Positions 1 to 9,602 of a stretch of 40,000 nucleotides of DNA are shown here, one piece after another. The stretch's first letter is position 1, and every line of letters begins with the position of its first letter. The stretch spans positions 524,095 through 564,094 of the forward strand of contig NZ_MRST01000026.1 in NCBI RefSeq assembly GCF_001902145.1, written 5' to 3'. Made by a program: the position numbers and the translations under genes. The notes beneath the pieces were generated by a model. That model worked only from the letters and a program-made list of their open reading frames with translations, searched no databases and had not been told where the DNA came from. This stretch comes from Pseudomonas fluorescens. Its GTDB lineage: Bacteria; Pseudomonadota; Gammaproteobacteria; Pseudomonadales; Pseudomonadaceae.

Positions 1-243
1 GATGCCGCCCAAGGGGCGCGCCAGGTAGCCGGCGGCGAAGATGCCGAAGGTCTGCATCATGCGCAGCCATTCGGGCATGTCGACAGGGAAGAACAGTTTC
101 CCGACCACAGTGGCGAAAAACACAAAGATGATGAAGTCGTAGAACTCCAGCGCTCCACCCAAGGCAGACAGCGACAGGGTTTTGTAGTCGTTGCGGGTCA
201 GCGGGCGCGAGGGTTGCGCACTGCTTGCGGGCACGGAGGACAT
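1..243 (-). CDS. MFS transporter (metabolite:H+ symporter / ProP-like family), N-terminal part; the gene continues beyond the window start
   Basis: Reverse-strand ATG at 243-241. My translation is MSSVPASSAQPSRPLTRNDYKTLSLSALGGALEFYDFIIFVFFATVVGKLFFP...GIFAAGYLARPLGGI, which has the GxxxExYDF and RPLGG signatures typical of MHS-family MFS N-termini. It is absent from the ORF track because it runs off the edge. Confidence 0.7.
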   Translation of the reverse strand, partial: MSSVPASSAQPSRPLTRNDYKTLSLSALGGALEFYDFIIFVFFATVVGKLFFPVDMPEWLRMMQTFGIFAAGYLARPLGGI

Positions 244-646
244 GGCAAGGCTTCTCTTATAGTAATCATCGTAAAGGACTGCACGCCCGACTTGCGGCGG
301 GTTTGGCAAGATAGCAAATCGCCTGAAAAAGCACAGCGCCAGGAGCACAGTTGCGCGCAAAAGCCCCGATACAGCGCCTATTTACCGACCAAATGAGCGT
401 CGGGAGGTCGTCGTGGCGCCAGGGTCTCGATATACTCGCCGGTGCAAGCGCCAGACCCGCTGTCTTGAGGGGCTGCTGTGCCAAAACGTTGTTGGGTGCC
501 ATCCAGCCGATTTGGCAGAGTTTCCCTTTAGTTCGCCTTACGAGAAACGCATCGAGCGGTGTATGTTGGTGCGCAAACGTTTTTCCAGAAGACGGCTATC
601 CACTTGAAATACCCATGAAGCGTCACGGGTCAGAGGCACCCTCGGC

Positions 647-1051
647 ATGATCGAACTCGAACAAGAAGATCCTATCCCGCAAGGCGATCTCGCCCTGCAA
701 ATCACCGCGCTCCCGCGTGAAACCAACGGTTTTGGCGATATCTTCGGCGGCTGGCTGGTCGCGCAGATGGACCTGGCCGGCACGGCAATGGCCAGCAAGG
801 TCGCCGGTGGGCGCGTGGCCACCGTGGCCATTGATCGCATGGCGTTCCTGGTGCCGGTGGCCGTGGGTGCGCAGCTTTCTTTCTATACCCAGGCCCTGGA
901 AATCGGCCGCAGCTCGATCCAGATGATGGTCGAAGTGTGGAGCGACGATCCGTTGTCCAGCGAATGGCGCAAGGTGACCGAAGCCGTATTCGTGTTCGTC
1001 GCCATCGATGGCAGCGGCCGCACGCGCTCGGTACCGTCACGGGCGCGTTAA
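647..1051 (+). CDS. Acyl-CoA thioesterase, hotdog fold (YciA-like)
   Basis: 134-aa ORF with ATG at 647. The sequence ...TNGFGDIFGGWLVAQMDLAG...ATVAIDRMAFLVPVAVG... matches the YciA-type hotdog thioesterase pattern. Confidence 0.8.
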   Translation: MIELEQEDPIPQGDLALQITALPRETNGFGDIFGGWLVAQMDLAGTAMASKVAGGRVATVAIDRMAFLVPVAVGAQLSFYTQALEIGRSSIQMMVEVWSDDPLSSEWRKVTEAVFVFVAIDGSGRTRSVPSRAR

Positions 1052-1109
1052 ACCTCGCCGGGTTTTAACGGTCAATTGCCCCATTGCCTGCCACTAAGAG
1101 AGCTTTGTT

Positions 1110-2009
1110 ATGCCTACGCCCCACGTTGAGACGGTAAAAATCGACGAGCTGGACTGCTGGCGCATCCGCCACAACGGCACCGAGCTGATGGTGGCCCAAC
1201 AGGGTGCGCATATCTTCAGTTACCAGCGCGAGGGCGAACAGCCACTGATCTGGCCGAACCCTGAGGCAGTGTTCAAGCAGGGCAAAGGCATTCGTACCGG
1301 CGTACCGGTGTGCTGGCCCTGGTTCGGGGTGTTCGACCGCAACCCGCAAAGCGTCAAAGCCATGCGCCAGAGCGATCAGCCTGCCGGCGCCCACGGTTTT
1401 GTGCGCACCGCACGCTGGGAACTGGCCAACACCGAACTCGACGGCCAGACGCTGCGAGTGGACCTGGTATTGCCGGTGCCGGCTGGCGGCTTTCCAGGCT
1501 GGCCCCATCAGGTAGACCTGACGCTGAGCCTGCTGTTGGACGACCAACTGCACATCCGCCTGACCAGCCACAACCGCGGCGCCGACACCGTGACCCTCAG
1601 CCAGGCATTGCACACCTACTTCGCCGTGAGCGATGTGCGCAAGGTGCAGGTCGAGGGCCTGGATGGCGTGGCTTACATCGACACCGCCGATGGGTGGGCC
1701 GAGAAACAGCAAGCCGGACTGCTGCACTTCAGCGCCGAAACAGACCGCATTTACCTGAATACGCCGACACAGCTGAATATCGTCGATAGCGATTGGCAGC
1801 GCCGTATCCAGCTCACCAGCGAAGGCTCGAAATCCACCGTGGTCTGGAACCCCTGGACCGAACGCGCCAAGGCTTTCGACGATATGGCCGATGACGGCTG
1901 GCAGGGTATGTTGTGCATCGAGACGGCCAACGTGCTGGACGATGTGGTGAGCCTGGCGCCCGGCGAAAGCCACACCTTGGGCGTGAGCGTCACGACCCTG
2001 GCCTTGTAA
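1110..2009 (+). CDS. D-hexose-6-phosphate mutarotase (aldose 1-epimerase family, YeaD-like)
   Basis: 299-aa ORF. Motifs GIRTGVPVCWPWFG, ...HGFVRT..W and ...DRIY...VVWNPW are typical of glucose-6-phosphate 1-epimerases. Confidence 0.85.
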   Translation: MPTPHVETVKIDELDCWRIRHNGTELMVAQQGAHIFSYQREGEQPLIWPNPEAVFKQGKGIRTGVPVCWPWFGVFDRNPQSVKAMRQSDQPAGAHGFVRTARWELANTELDGQTLRVDLVLPVPAGGFPGWPHQVDLTLSLLLDDQLHIRLTSHNRGADTVTLSQALHTYFAVSDVRKVQVEGLDGVAYIDTADGWAEKQQAGLLHFSAETDRIYLNTPTQLNIVDSDWQRRIQLTSEGSKSTVVWNPWTERAKAFDDMADDGWQGMLCIETANVLDDVVSLAPGESHTLGVSVTTLAL

Positions 2010-2020
2010 ACCCAATCCAA

Positions 2021-2107
2021 TGTGGGAGCTGGCTTGCCTGCGATGCAGACAACTCGGTGTGTCAGAAACACCGAGGCGCTGCTATCGCAGGCAAGCCAGC
2101 TCCCACA
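2021..2107. repeat. REP-like extragenic palindrome (imperfect inverted repeat)
   Basis: Left arm tgtgggagctggcttgcctgcgat (2021-) pairs with right arm atcgcaggcaagccagctcccaca (2084-2107). There is an inner hairpin ctcggtgt...acaccgag. The element is intergenic, between two convergent genes. Confidence 0.85.
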
Positions 2108-2125
2108 GGGGCTATGCTTTGGGCT

Positions 2126-2662
2126 TTAGAGATCAGACTCCTTCACCACCCGCACCTTCCCGGCCTCCAGCGCATACGCGGCATCCGCCAAGTCGTTATT
2201 GACCTTCTCCACCTTCAACGTGCCCGTGACCCACAGCGGCGTGTAGATGTCATCCAGCTTCAACCCCTTGGGATAGCGCACCAGCACCAGTTGATTAGGC
2301 GGCGGTGGCGGCACGTGTATGCAGGCGCCCGGGTAAGGCACCAGGAAGAACAACGTGCTGCGGCCCTTGGCGTCCGTTTCAAGCGGCACCGGATAGCCGC
2401 CAATGCGGATACTCTTGCCGTTCATGGCCGCTACGGTCTTGGTGGAATACATCACCGCAGGCAGGCCCTTGCTCTGCTTCAAGCCACCCTTTTCGGTGAA
2501 CGTGCCTTGAGCTTCGGGGGAGTTGTGGTCTATTTCGGGCATGGCCTCGAGGGCTTTCTGATCCGACAGCGGCATCAGGTCGAGCCAATCGGTTTCCGGC
2601 AGTTCGCCAGCGTGCGCCAGGCCAGAGCCCAGCAGAAGAAGCGTTAACAGAAGACGGCGCAT
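2126..2662 (-). CDS. DUF3299-family exported protein
   Basis: The ORF-track start at 2683 is a TTG. The ATG at 2662 gives MRRLLLTLLLLGSGLAHA, which reads as a signal peptide. The conserved block FFLVPYPGACIHVPPPPPNQ is characteristic of DUF3299. Confidence 0.75.
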   Translation of the reverse strand: MRRLLLTLLLLGSGLAHAGELPETDWLDLMPLSDQKALEAMPEIDHNSPEAQGTFTEKGGLKQSKGLPAVMYSTKTVAAMNGKSIRIGGYPVPLETDAKGRSTLFFLVPYPGACIHVPPPPPNQLVLVRYPKGLKLDDIYTPLWVTGTLKVEKVNNDLADAAYALEAGKVRVVKESDL

Positions 2663-2739
2663 GGAGAGGCTCGGCAAATACAAGTGCCGAGCATTCTAGC
2701 CCTCTGCGCCTGCGCAGCGCAGAGGACTTTGTCGGCTGA

Positions 2740-2985
2740 TTACTTCTTTTTGATCAGGCCGTAGATCACCAGCAACACGACGGCACCCACCAGCGCACCG
2801 ATGAAGCCTGCACCCTGGCCTGCCTGGTAGATCCCCAGGGCCTGACCGCCGTAGGTCGCGGCCAGGGAACCGGCGATACCCAGCAGGATGGTCATGATCC
2901 AGCCCATGCTGTCGTCGCCAGGCTTGAGGAAGCGCGCCAGCAGGCCGACGATCAAGCCGATAAAGATGGTTCCGATGATACCCAT
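2740..2985 (-). CDS. GlsB/YeaQ/YmgE family stress-response membrane protein
   Basis: Internal ATG at 2985 gives an 81-aa product, MGIIGTIFIGLIVGLLARFL.PG.....W..TILLGIAGS..., the typical transglycosylase-associated (YeaQ) pattern. The upstream 28 codons of the ORF look non-coding. Confidence 0.85.
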   Translation of the reverse strand: MGIIGTIFIGLIVGLLARFLKPGDDSMGWIMTILLGIAGSLAATYGGQALGIYQAGQGAGFIGALVGAVVLLVIYGLIKKK

Positions 2986-3090
2986 GGCATTTCCCTCTGA
3001 TTGGTATGAGTCATGCCAAAGCCTAGTCAGGCTTTGGCATCCTGCAATCAGAGAGACGCAGAACCCCAATGGTTCCCGCCGGGGAGAGGC

Positions 3091-4176
3091 TTATTGTTCG
3101 GCGATCAGCGCTTCGACCTTGAGAATCTGCGCTTGCAGCGTCGCGCGGTCCTTGCAACGCAGGTTGGCGTGGCCGACCTTGCGCCCGGCCTTGAAGGCCT
3201 TGCCGTAGTGATGCACGTGGCAATCGTCGATCGCCATCACACGCTCCACCGGCGGTACAGAGCCGATGAAGTTGAGCATGGCGCTCTCGCCGACCTTGAC
3301 CGTGGAGCCCAACGGCAAGCCCGCCACCGCCCGCAGATGGTTTTCGAACTGGCTGCACTCGGCGCCTTCGGTGGTCCAGTGCCCGGAGTTGTGCACACGC
3401 GGGGCGATTTCGTTGGCCTTGAGGCCGCCGTCGACTTCAAAGAACTCGAACGCCATCACGCCAACGTAGTCCAGCTGCTTGAGCACACGGCTGGAATAAT
3501 CTTCGGCCAGGGCCTGCAACGGGTGGTCAGTACTGGCTACCGACACTTTCAAGATGCCGTTGACGTGGGTGTTGTGCACCAACGGGTAGAAGCGGGTTTC
3601 ACCATCACGAGCACGCACGGCGATCAGCGAAACTTCACCGGTGAACGGCACGAAGCCCTCCAGCAGGCAGGCGACGCTGCCCAGCTCGGCAAAGGTGCCG
3701 ACCACATCGGCGTCGGTGCGCAGGACTTTCTGGCCCTTGCCGTCGTAACCCAGGGTGCGGGTTTTCAACACCGCCGGCAGGCCGATGCTGGCGACCGCGG
3801 CGTCCAGGTCGGCCTGGGACTGGATGTCGGCGAAGGCTGGGGTCGGAATACCCAGGTCCTTGAACATGCTCTTTTCGAACCAGCGGTCGCGAGCAATGCG
3901 CAAGGCTTCGGCGCTCGGGTACACCGGCACGAACTGCGACAGGAAGGCCACGGTTTCAGCCGGGACGCTTTCGAATTCGAAGGTCACCAGGTCGACTTCA
4001 TCGGCCAGTTGGCGCAGGTGATCCGGGTCGCTGTAGTCAGCCCGCAGGTGTTCACCCAGGGCCGCAGCGCAGGCGTCCGGCGCCGGGTCCAGAAAAGCGA
4101 AGTTCATCCCCAGCGGCGTACCCGCCAAAGCCAGCATGCGGCCCAGTTGGCCGCCACCGATTACACCGATTTTCAT
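3091..4176 (-). CDS. purK: 5-(carboxyamino)imidazole ribonucleotide synthase
   Basis: MKIGVIGGGQLGRMLA... is an ATP-grasp N-terminus, and the length and overall sequence are typical of PurK. It lies directly downstream of purE. The ATG at 4176 is preferred over the TTG at 4185. Confidence 0.95.
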   Translation of the reverse strand: MKIGVIGGGQLGRMLALAGTPLGMNFAFLDPAPDACAAALGEHLRADYSDPDHLRQLADEVDLVTFEFESVPAETVAFLSQFVPVYPSAEALRIARDRWFEKSMFKDLGIPTPAFADIQSQADLDAAVASIGLPAVLKTRTLGYDGKGQKVLRTDADVVGTFAELGSVACLLEGFVPFTGEVSLIAVRARDGETRFYPLVHNTHVNGILKVSVASTDHPLQALAEDYSSRVLKQLDYVGVMAFEFFEVDGGLKANEIAPRVHNSGHWTTEGAECSQFENHLRAVAGLPLGSTVKVGESAMLNFIGSVPPVERVMAIDDCHVHHYGKAFKAGRKVGHANLRCKDRATLQAQILKVEALIAEQ

Positions 4177-4187
4177 CAATAACAACC

Positions 4188-4679
4188 TCAGGCGATGCGT
4201 GGGTCTGGATTGTCCAGCACGCTGTCTGTCTGCTCAGCACGGAATTTTTTCAGCACCGCATGAAACTGCGGGTGCTTGGCGCCCAGGATACTGGCCGACA
4301 GCAAGGCTGCGTTGATCGCGCCGGCCTTGCCGATCGCCAGGGTTGCCACCGGAATGCCGGCCGGCATCTGCACGATGGACAACAGCGAATCCACGCCCGA
4401 GAGCATCGACGACTGCACCGGCACGCCAAGCACCGGCAGGTGAGTCTTGGCCGCACACATGCCAGGCAAGTGCGCCGCGCCGCCGGCACCGGCGATGATC
4501 ACCTCGATGCCACGGGATTCTGCTTCATCGGCATACTGGAACAGCAGATCCGGGGTGCGGTGGGCGGAGACCACCTTCACTTCGTACGGAATGCCGAGTT
4601 TTTCCAGCATATCGGCGGTGTGGCTAAGGGTGGACCAATCGGACTTGGAGCCCATGATCACGCCAACCAATGCACTCAT
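4188..4679 (-). CDS. purE: 5-(carboxyamino)imidazole ribonucleotide mutase
   Basis: 163 aa. [11 protein letters not shown]...SAHRTP...[14 protein letters not shown] are class I PurE hallmark motifs. Confidence 0.95.
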   Translation of the reverse strand: MSALVGVIMGSKSDWSTLSHTADMLEKLGIPYEVKVVSAHRTPDLLFQYADEAESRGIEVIIAGAGGAAHLPGMCAAKTHLPVLGVPVQSSMLSGVDSLLSIVQMPAGIPVATLAIGKAGAINAALLSASILGAKHPQFHAVLKKFRAEQTDSVLDNPDPRIA

Positions 4680-4719
4680 CGTCGTGCCTCTTCTCTCTGG
4701 GCGCCCGCAGGCGCGTCAA

Positions 4720-4756
4720 AAAACAACAAGCCACGCGGGAGACCGGCGTGGCTTGG
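4720..4756 (-). terminator. Rho-independent terminator candidate downstream of hipA
   Basis: On the minus strand: aagccacgc (9-bp stem), a 9-nt loop, gcgtggctt, then gttgtttttt. It sits about 120 nt after the hipA stop. Confidence 0.6.
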
Positions 4757-4875
4757 TGTACGAATTAAGGCCGGTTTGGACCGGCCGAAGGCCGCGCAGT
4801 ATACCGTAATAATCCAGATAAACAGCCCCTGGGATGACCATCTGTCTAGCGGCGCAAAGTGGCGGTTTTATTGAC

Positions 4876-6183
4876 TTAAGAGTCAGGCGAAAGGTCCAGC
4901 CGATGGGTCTTGGCAATGGCATCGATCATGACCGACGAGAGCCCCACTTTTGCAGCGGTCACAGGCCATTGCGTCACCGCCTCATGCACCTCTCGGATGA
5001 TCTGCTTGGCCTTCAGCCCTTTGATCTGGCTGCCCACACTGAGCAGGTCAGCCATCACAAAATTGTCGCGCTTACCGTTGATACTCATCTGATGGCTGTC
5101 GACCCAGAAGTTTCCAGGCATGTAGGACCAGGTAACGTCATAGGCAGGCGACAAATACCAGGTACCGTCAGTGTCCAGCAAAAAGCTGATGTTCTTGGTG
5201 TGGTCGTCCTGGTTTCGAGCGATAACGTTGAACACCATGCGCCTGAAAAACTGCTCCGCCTCCCGGCGCCCCAGTTTCAGCGCCCTGAACACGTTCAGGG
5301 CCTCGGCGTAGGAGTACTCGCCAGGTTTGTTGTAGTCAGCATGATCCAGTGCGCACAAGGTCGCGGTATGAATTTTGTCACCTTCATCGGTCCGGTCGAA
5401 TCGCTTGGTCATGAAGTGGGCACGCCCACCCTCTTCGAGCAAACGGCACTCAGTCATTACCACACCTGCTTGCCTGGCCATCAGGTAATAGGCGTACTCG
5501 ATGCGACCAAACCCCTGGCTATCGGCAAGCACATCGGTGTTTTTTGCGACATCAAATTTGAGCAACCAGTAGCTATAACCTTTGGGCGCTGGCACCTGCC
5601 CTGACCTGATGTGCCCTTCGCTATTGATGGCAATGATCGCCTTTGCGCGAGCGCCACCGGCACTTGTGCCCACCTGAATCAAGCGCTGCAACGCGGCGTC
5701 GTCGACGCTAGGGTCATTGGATGTCAGCCGGTCCTCCAGGCTTTGGCGCCCCGAGAGCACCTCCCCAGCCAACTGGGCCAACGCCGCGATCTCGATGGTT
5801 TCGGCCTCATTAGCCTCAGTATTCATGGCCGGCCGATATTCCAGCGCGCCCATACCGCGATTACCTTGGTAGAGGAGTCGATCCACCGGAGTGAACGAAA
5901 GCTTGTCGCGCCCCTGCTGCGCCAACCATGCGTTGATCAATGCATTACCGAAGTCATCCGGAAGCGAGTCGGCAAAAATCGCCGGAAGCGCCTTATAGGT
6001 TTCCCGGTTCAGGTTGGTGAATGCGTAGGTGTACCCGGCGCGGGCGGGCATGTGAATGGGCGAGATCTCAAGCCCCGTGGAGACAAACTCGGGTGAAAAT
6101 TCGAACTCGCCCACCTGGGTTGTCTCGTCCCAATTGAGCGCTCCGACGTATAAACCCCATAAATAGATCTGTGCAATCACCAA
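4876..6183 (-). CDS. hipA: HipA-family serine/threonine kinase toxin (type II TA)
   Basis: 435 aa. The N-terminal coupling-domain pattern is IYLWG..VGAL.WD...F.F...F...GL.ISPIHMP. Central and C-terminal blocks are LDRLLY.GNRGMGALEY, GTSAGGARAKA, WLLKFD and RNQDDHTKNISFL (the catalytic-loop DxHxKN). The start is TTG 6183 or GTG 6180, overlapping the hipB stop (GTGA). Confidence 0.9.
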   Translation of the reverse strand: MVIAQIYLWGLYVGALNWDETTQVGEFEFSPEFVSTGLEISPIHMPARAGYTYAFTNLNRETYKALPAIFADSLPDDFGNALINAWLAQQGRDKLSFTPVDRLLYQGNRGMGALEYRPAMNTEANEAETIEIAALAQLAGEVLSGRQSLEDRLTSNDPSVDDAALQRLIQVGTSAGGARAKAIIAINSEGHIRSGQVPAPKGYSYWLLKFDVAKNTDVLADSQGFGRIEYAYYLMARQAGVVMTECRLLEEGGRAHFMTKRFDRTDEGDKIHTATLCALDHADYNKPGEYSYAEALNVFRALKLGRREAEQFFRRMVFNVIARNQDDHTKNISFLLDTDGTWYLSPAYDVTWSYMPGNFWVDSHQMSINGKRDNFVMADLLSVGSQIKGLKAKQIIREVHEAVTQWPVTAAKVGLSSVMIDAIAKTHRLDLSPDS

Positions 6184-6557
6184 CGGGTGTCCTTTTTGAC
6201 TGCGTCGGGCACAAGGCGCTTTTTCTGGCCCGGTATAGAGATGGTTTCGGATGAGTCTTTGCGGGTGGTATAGGCGCGCTGACGTTTTTTCCCAGCCATT
6301 TTCGCCATCTGGATGGGGCTTGAACGCACCTCCTCGACCAGAGAACTCAACCGATCCAGTTCCCCGATCACCCGCAATACCGCAATCAGATTGAGCAAGG
6401 TGCCCTTGCCCGCCATCAACTGCCGTAACGTCGTGCGGGAAATACCCGCCTCCTCGGCAACCGTTTCCTGATTGATGTTCTTCTTCACCCTCAAGGCTTC
6501 AACACGCGAGCCAATCGTTTGTGCGATAGCTTGCTCACTCATCGTCGTCATTCGCAT
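6177..6557 (-). CDS. hipB: XRE/HipB-like helix-turn-helix antitoxin with a long basic C-terminal tail
   Basis: The HTH core is ...NINQETVAEEAGISRTTLRQLMAGKG..., immediately upstream of hipA and overlapping it. Candidate starts are at 6557, 6551 and 6542, with GGAA about 11 nt upstream of 6557. The protein ends ...KKDTRW. Confidence 0.8.
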   Translation of the reverse strand: MRMTTMSEQAIAQTIGSRVEALRVKKNINQETVAEEAGISRTTLRQLMAGKGTLLNLIAVLRVIGELDRLSSLVEEVRSSPIQMAKMAGKKRQRAYTTRKDSSETISIPGQKKRLVPDAVKKDTRW

Positions 6558-6725
6558 TTTGTGCAGTTTCCTGATCAAAAGATGGATTTACACAAACCTT
6601 TGATCAGTATTCTAGCCAATATTTACCCGACAAGTGATTACGCATTGAACAATACTTTTTGGGCAGAAAAGTGATCAAAACATGATAAAAAGCGATCTAT
6701 TGAGCATTAAACCACTCAATTTCAT

Positions 6726-7646
6726 TCAAGCGAGACCTCGGTCTCCTTGCGCTGCCCCACCTTCCAGCTTGCGCCACAACAACCGCACATTCGCCTTGCG
6801 CACCAACGCGCAGCGGTACAAGCGAATCTCCAGCGGCACATGCCATTGCGGCCCGCCGCACACCACCAGTTCGCCGCGCGCCAACTCCGCACGTACGCTC
6901 AACTGCGGCACCCAGGCGATCCCCAAGCCTTCGAGCGCCATGCTCTTGAGGCTGTCGGCCATGGCGGTTTCATAGATGGTGGTAAAGCGCAGAGCCCTCT
7001 GACGCAGCAGCAAATTCACCGAGCGGCCAAGGAACGCGCCGGCGCTGTAGGCCAGCAGCGGCACGCTGCCCTCGCCTTCCAGGTCGAACAACGGCTTGCC
7101 CTCGGCATCGGCGGCGCACACCGGGAGCATTTCGGTGTTACCCAGGTGCAGCGACGGGAAAATCTCGGCGTCCATTTGCATCGCCGCATCCGGGTCGTAG
7201 AACGCCAGCATCAGGTCACAACCGCCTTCGCGCAGGGCGTGCACCGCATCGCCAACGTTGGTGGCGACCAACCGCGTGGCGATGTTCAGGCCTTCATTGC
7301 GCAGTTGTGCGATCCAGCGGGGGAAGAAACCCAGCGCCAGGGAGTGCGCCGCCGCCACTTGCATCACTTCGCCCTGCCCGCCTTCGAGGTGATGCAAATG
7401 GCGCAGCACTTCGCCGAGCTGTTCGACCACGGTGCGCGCCGTCACCAGGAACAACTGCCCCGCTGCTGTCAGCTCCACGGGCGTGCGCGAGCGGTTGACC
7501 AGCGTCAGGCCCAAGGCGGCTTCAAGGCTGCGAATACGCCGACTGAACGCCGGCTGGGTGACAAAGCGCCGCTCAGCCGCCTGGGAAAAGCTGCGCGTCG
7601 CCGCCAGGGCGCTGAAGTCTTCCAACCACTTGCTCTCAAGGTTCAT
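6726..7646 (-). CDS. LysR-family transcriptional regulator, divergent from aspA
   Basis: ATG at 7646 gives MNLESKWLEDFSALAATRSFSQAAERRFVTQPAFSRRIRSLE..., the canonical LysR wHTH. The 28 upstream codons of the ORF are unlikely to be coding. Confidence 0.9.
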   Translation of the reverse strand: MNLESKWLEDFSALAATRSFSQAAERRFVTQPAFSRRIRSLEAALGLTLVNRSRTPVELTAAGQLFLVTARTVVEQLGEVLRHLHHLEGGQGEVMQVAAAHSLALGFFPRWIAQLRNEGLNIATRLVATNVGDAVHALREGGCDLMLAFYDPDAAMQMDAEIFPSLHLGNTEMLPVCAADAEGKPLFDLEGEGSVPLLAYSAGAFLGRSVNLLLRQRALRFTTIYETAMADSLKSMALEGLGIAWVPQLSVRAELARGELVVCGGPQWHVPLEIRLYRCALVRKANVRLLWRKLEGGAAQGDRGLA

Positions 7647-7827
7647 CACTGCCTCCCACGGAATGCACCATTTTGGCACACACGCCCGCCAAGATAACCG
7701 GGTCACATCCACATTATGCCGTTTGTGCATAGGCCAGTGCTTAACAGCATTGGCCCAAAAACTTCCACAAGCCTAGCATTCGCAGCGTTCCGGCCAGTTC
7801 CGGGTCCATATTGAGATGATTTCCGTC

Positions 7828-9252
<1,425 letters not shown>

Positions 9253-9304
9253 GCGTTTGTTGCACCGCTCACCAGGCTGAGGGACTAGACACCTCTCACC
9301 TTTT

Positions 9305-9341
9305 GAGGGCTTGAAGACTCGTTCTTCAAGCCCTTTTTTTT
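9305..9341 (+). terminator. Rho-independent terminator of aspA
   Basis: gagggcttgaaga-ctcg-ttcttcaagccc followed by an 8-T run (9334-9341), about 50 nt after the aspA stop. Confidence 0.85.
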
Positions 9342-9586
9342 GCCCGAAATTCCTCTTCTTATATAAAGCGCTGTTAGTGCGTTTCACATATAAAACATCA
9401 CACCTTCAGCGTTACTTGAAAAAGCATTCATTCATTGCAAGTTCCCATCGCATGCACAAACGGTGTGCAGTTTCGTGCCATATAAAAACAATGGTTTCAT
9501 ATATGAAACGTCCAATATTTAGTCATAATCTCGTAACCCATTAATTCAAAAGGTAATTCAACAAACATTTGTAGGAATTAACTCAC

Positions 9587-9602
9587 TGGCATTGTTCATG
9601 CA
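9587..9602 (+). promoter_or_regulatory. Sigma-54-type (-24/-12) promoter candidate upstream of the ABC/catabolic cluster
   Basis: TGGCATtgttcATGCA has GG (9588-9589) and GC (9600-9601) at the canonical GG-N10-GC spacing. It lies 45 nt upstream of the ATG at 9647, and an AT-rich region with palindromes lies upstream of it. Confidence 0.4.

Noticed and set aside
244-646. ~400-bp spacer between the MFS gene and the thioesterase gene, with several 60-100-aa ORFs (214-396, 351-650, 413-607, 266-502). I considered an sRNA or a small protein.
   Set aside because: The ORF translations look random, and I found no convincing terminator, promoter pair or match to any Pseudomonas sRNA I remember (RsmY/Z, PrrF, CrcZ). 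This is most simply a divergent promoter region.
7660-7700. TGGCACacacgCCCGC in the LysR-aspA spacer as a sigma-54 promoter
   Set aside because: The GC dinucleotide is one position off the GG-N10-GC spacing, and the -12 region does not resemble TTGC.
9311-9544. 77-aa ORF in the AT-rich aspA-ABC spacer
   Set aside because: It starts inside the aspA terminator hairpin. It is Lys/Phe/Ser/His-rich, as expected from AT-rich non-coding DNA, and has no RBS.
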